From NCBI GenBank assembly GCA_964231105.1, contig CAXRJI010000034.1, forward strand, positions 30,235 through 94,234: a DNA stretch of 64,000 nt. Direction: 5' to 3'. This document shows, in pieces, positions 62,517 to 64,000 of this stretch. Under the pieces are notes generated by a model that made no database searches, was not told the origin of the DNA, and worked only from the letters and a program-made list of their open reading frames with translations. Every line of letters begins with the position of its first letter. The stretch's first letter is position 1. This DNA comes from Porticoccaceae bacterium (GTDB lineage: Bacteria; Pseudomonadota; Gammaproteobacteria; Pseudomonadales; Porticoccaceae). The position numbers were made by a program, and so were the translations under genes.

Positions 62517-63278
62517 TTATCCTTTGCCTTCATCTGCCAGCGCATTTTTCAACTCTTTCAACTCTTTCAACAAAGCTGCCTGTTCTTTATCTAACTGCAA
62601 CTTGTCTAATAATTCTGGTCTTCTTTGCTGGGTTCTGAGCAGAGACTGCTTTAAACGCCAGCGTTTTATTTCTCCATGGTTACCAGACATTAAGACATCT
62701 GGTACCGATAATCCTTGATAGTTGTCAGGCCGCGTATAGTGGGGACAATCTAATAATCCCTCGGAAAACGAATCTTGAGCGGCGGATTCGCTGTGCCCCA
62801 GTGCACCTGGCAACTGCCTAATCAAGCCATCAACTAATACCATCGCAGGTATTTCGCCACCACTGAGGACGTAGTCGCCAATTGACCATTCCTCATCAAC
62901 TTCCAGCTGGATAAGTCGCTCATCAATACCTTCATAGCGTCCAGCGATTAAAATCAATGACTGCTCTGTTGCAAAATCATTGACCTTAGCTTGACTCAAA
63001 ACGCTGCCTTGCGGGGACAGGTACACAACCTTTGTCGGCCCACCTATCCAATCCTTAGCAGCCTCGATTGCGCCTTTTAAAGGCTCAATCATCATCACCA
63101 TCCCTGGGCCACCCCCATAGGGACGATCATCAACCGTGCTATGGTTATCATGGGTATAATCTCTAGGGTTAAATGAAGATATTTCAACCAACCCTTGTTT
63201 TACTGCCCTGCCACTAACACCATAGTCAGTTAGTGCTTTAAACATATCTGGAAACAGAGTAATCAGCGCTATCTTCAT
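62517..63278 (-). CDS. trmD: tRNA (guanine37-N1)-methyltransferase
   Basis: [37 protein letters not shown]. Confidence 0.98.
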   Translation of the reverse strand: MKIALITLFPDMFKALTDYGVSGRAVKQGLVEISSFNPRDYTHDNHSTVDDRPYGGGPGMVMMIEPLKGAIEAAKDWIGGPTKVVYLSPQGSVLSQAKVNDFATEQSLILIAGRYEGIDERLIQLEVDEEWSIGDYVLSGGEIPAMVLVDGLIRQLPGALGHSESAAQDSFSEGLLDCPHYTRPDNYQGLSVPDVLMSGNHGEIKRWRLKQSLLRTQQRRPELLDKLQLDKEQAALLKELKELKNALADEGKG

Positions 63279-63308
63279 AACCGAGCCTCCGTTTCACAAA
63301 AAAACTCA

Positions 63309-63851
63309 CTAGAAATCAGGATCCCAATCAACGTCAATACGCATTGAGTCTAAATCCACACTTAACACAAAGTTCTGTGTGTAGGGAATCAATCTCTCTC
63401 GCTTATCTATACTGTCCGAATCCCCTTTCACGACTAGTACATCATTTGCACCTGTCTCGAGCAATGAAGTAACCAATCCTAATCTCTGCTCTTGCTGGTC
63501 ATGGCAGGAGTAGACTGAAAGTCCCTCAAGCTGGTACCAATAAAATTCTTTCTCTTCCAGTTTTGGTATTGTTGCCTTGGCAACACTGATATCCCTATGA
63601 CACCAGTCTCGTGCCTCATCTCTGTCATCAACGCCCTGGAGATGTGCTATCAGCCCATCACCTTGTCGCTTCCATGCATCTATTTCAACCTTGTGAGTGA
63701 TGCCGTCCTTTTCAATTAACCAAGGTTGATAGTCAAATATAGTTTCGGCCAATTCGGTAAAAGACTTAATTTTTACCCAGCCACGAACACCATGTACCGC
63801 CGATATACGACCGACAACAAGTTCACCTTGAACAATATTAGAATTGCCCAC
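63309..63851 (-). CDS. rimM: Ribosome maturation factor RimM
   Basis: HGVRGWVKI.SFT, EFYW.QL.GL.V, ETGANDVLVV, LIP, VDWDPDF; GTG start. Confidence 0.96.
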   Translation of the reverse strand: MGNSNIVQGELVVGRISAVHGVRGWVKIKSFTELAETIFDYQPWLIEKDGITHKVEIDAWKRQGDGLIAHLQGVDDRDEARDWCHRDISVAKATIPKLEEKEFYWYQLEGLSVYSCHDQQEQRLGLVTSLLETGANDVLVVKGDSDSIDKRERLIPYTQNFVLSVDLDSMRIDVDWDPDF

Positions 63852-63866
63852 AGGCTACACTACTCT

Positions 63867-64000
63867 TTAGGCTGCTTGTTTAGCAGCCTCTTTAAGCAAA
63901 GCTGTAACGCGATCACTGACCTGAGCACCTTCACCCTGCCAATAACTGGCGCGCTCAAGATCTACACGAAGCCGCTCTTCACCACCGCGAGCTATGGGAT
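63867..64000 (-). CDS. rpsP: 30S ribosomal protein S16, 3' part (runs off window end)
   Basis: Manual translation [43 protein letters not shown]; GAQ.SDRV..L motif; operon position. Confidence 0.93.
   Translation of the reverse strand, partial: PIARGGEERLRVDLERASYWQGEGAQVSDRVTALLKEAAKQAA

Noticed and set aside
62547-62571. 9-bp tandem repeat (LKELKELKN) at the trmD C-terminus
   Set aside because: Short in-frame repeat in a non-conserved tail; no sign of function.

Overview
A 64-kb chromosomal segment of a gammaproteobacterium. Gene order and proteins resemble Pseudomonadales/Cellvibrionales-type marine bacteria; this is inference, no taxonomic search was run. It is mostly conserved housekeeping DNA: ybeD-dacA-rlpA-mltB-rodA-mrdA-rlmH-rsfS-nadD-proA; hemH; prfC; tRNA-Phe-yggX-mutY-asmA; hisB-hisH; an RND pump pair; ppa; the tilS-pyrG-kdsA-eno-ftsB-ispDF-truD-pcm-DUF368-nlpD-rpoS run; trmL-fldB-mnmC; hemCDXY; argH; cyaY; lptM-lysA-dapF-DUF484; rnr; and rpsP(partial)-rimM-trmD-rplS. 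Three loci stand out. (1) A histidine-rich membrane-targeted ORF ending in the ribosome-arrest motif RAPP lies directly upstream of a ZnuD-like TonB-dependent receptor with HPEDxD repeats. An anti-Shine-Dalgarno segment sits just past the RAPP codons, suggesting a CruR/DUF2946-like, His-based translational metal sensor. (2) A LuxR-type regulator and a GacS/BarA-like hybrid kinase are followed by a near-consensus GacA box and an unannotated ~190-nt structured element with GGA-loop hairpins and a terminator (candidate Csr/Rsm-type sRNA, or a MITE/REP-like element). (3) A higBA plus LexA-controlled umuDC accessory cassette lies between hemH and prfC. No CRISPR array, rRNA, integrase or transposase was seen. 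All family calls come from motif recognition by eye, not from database searches.
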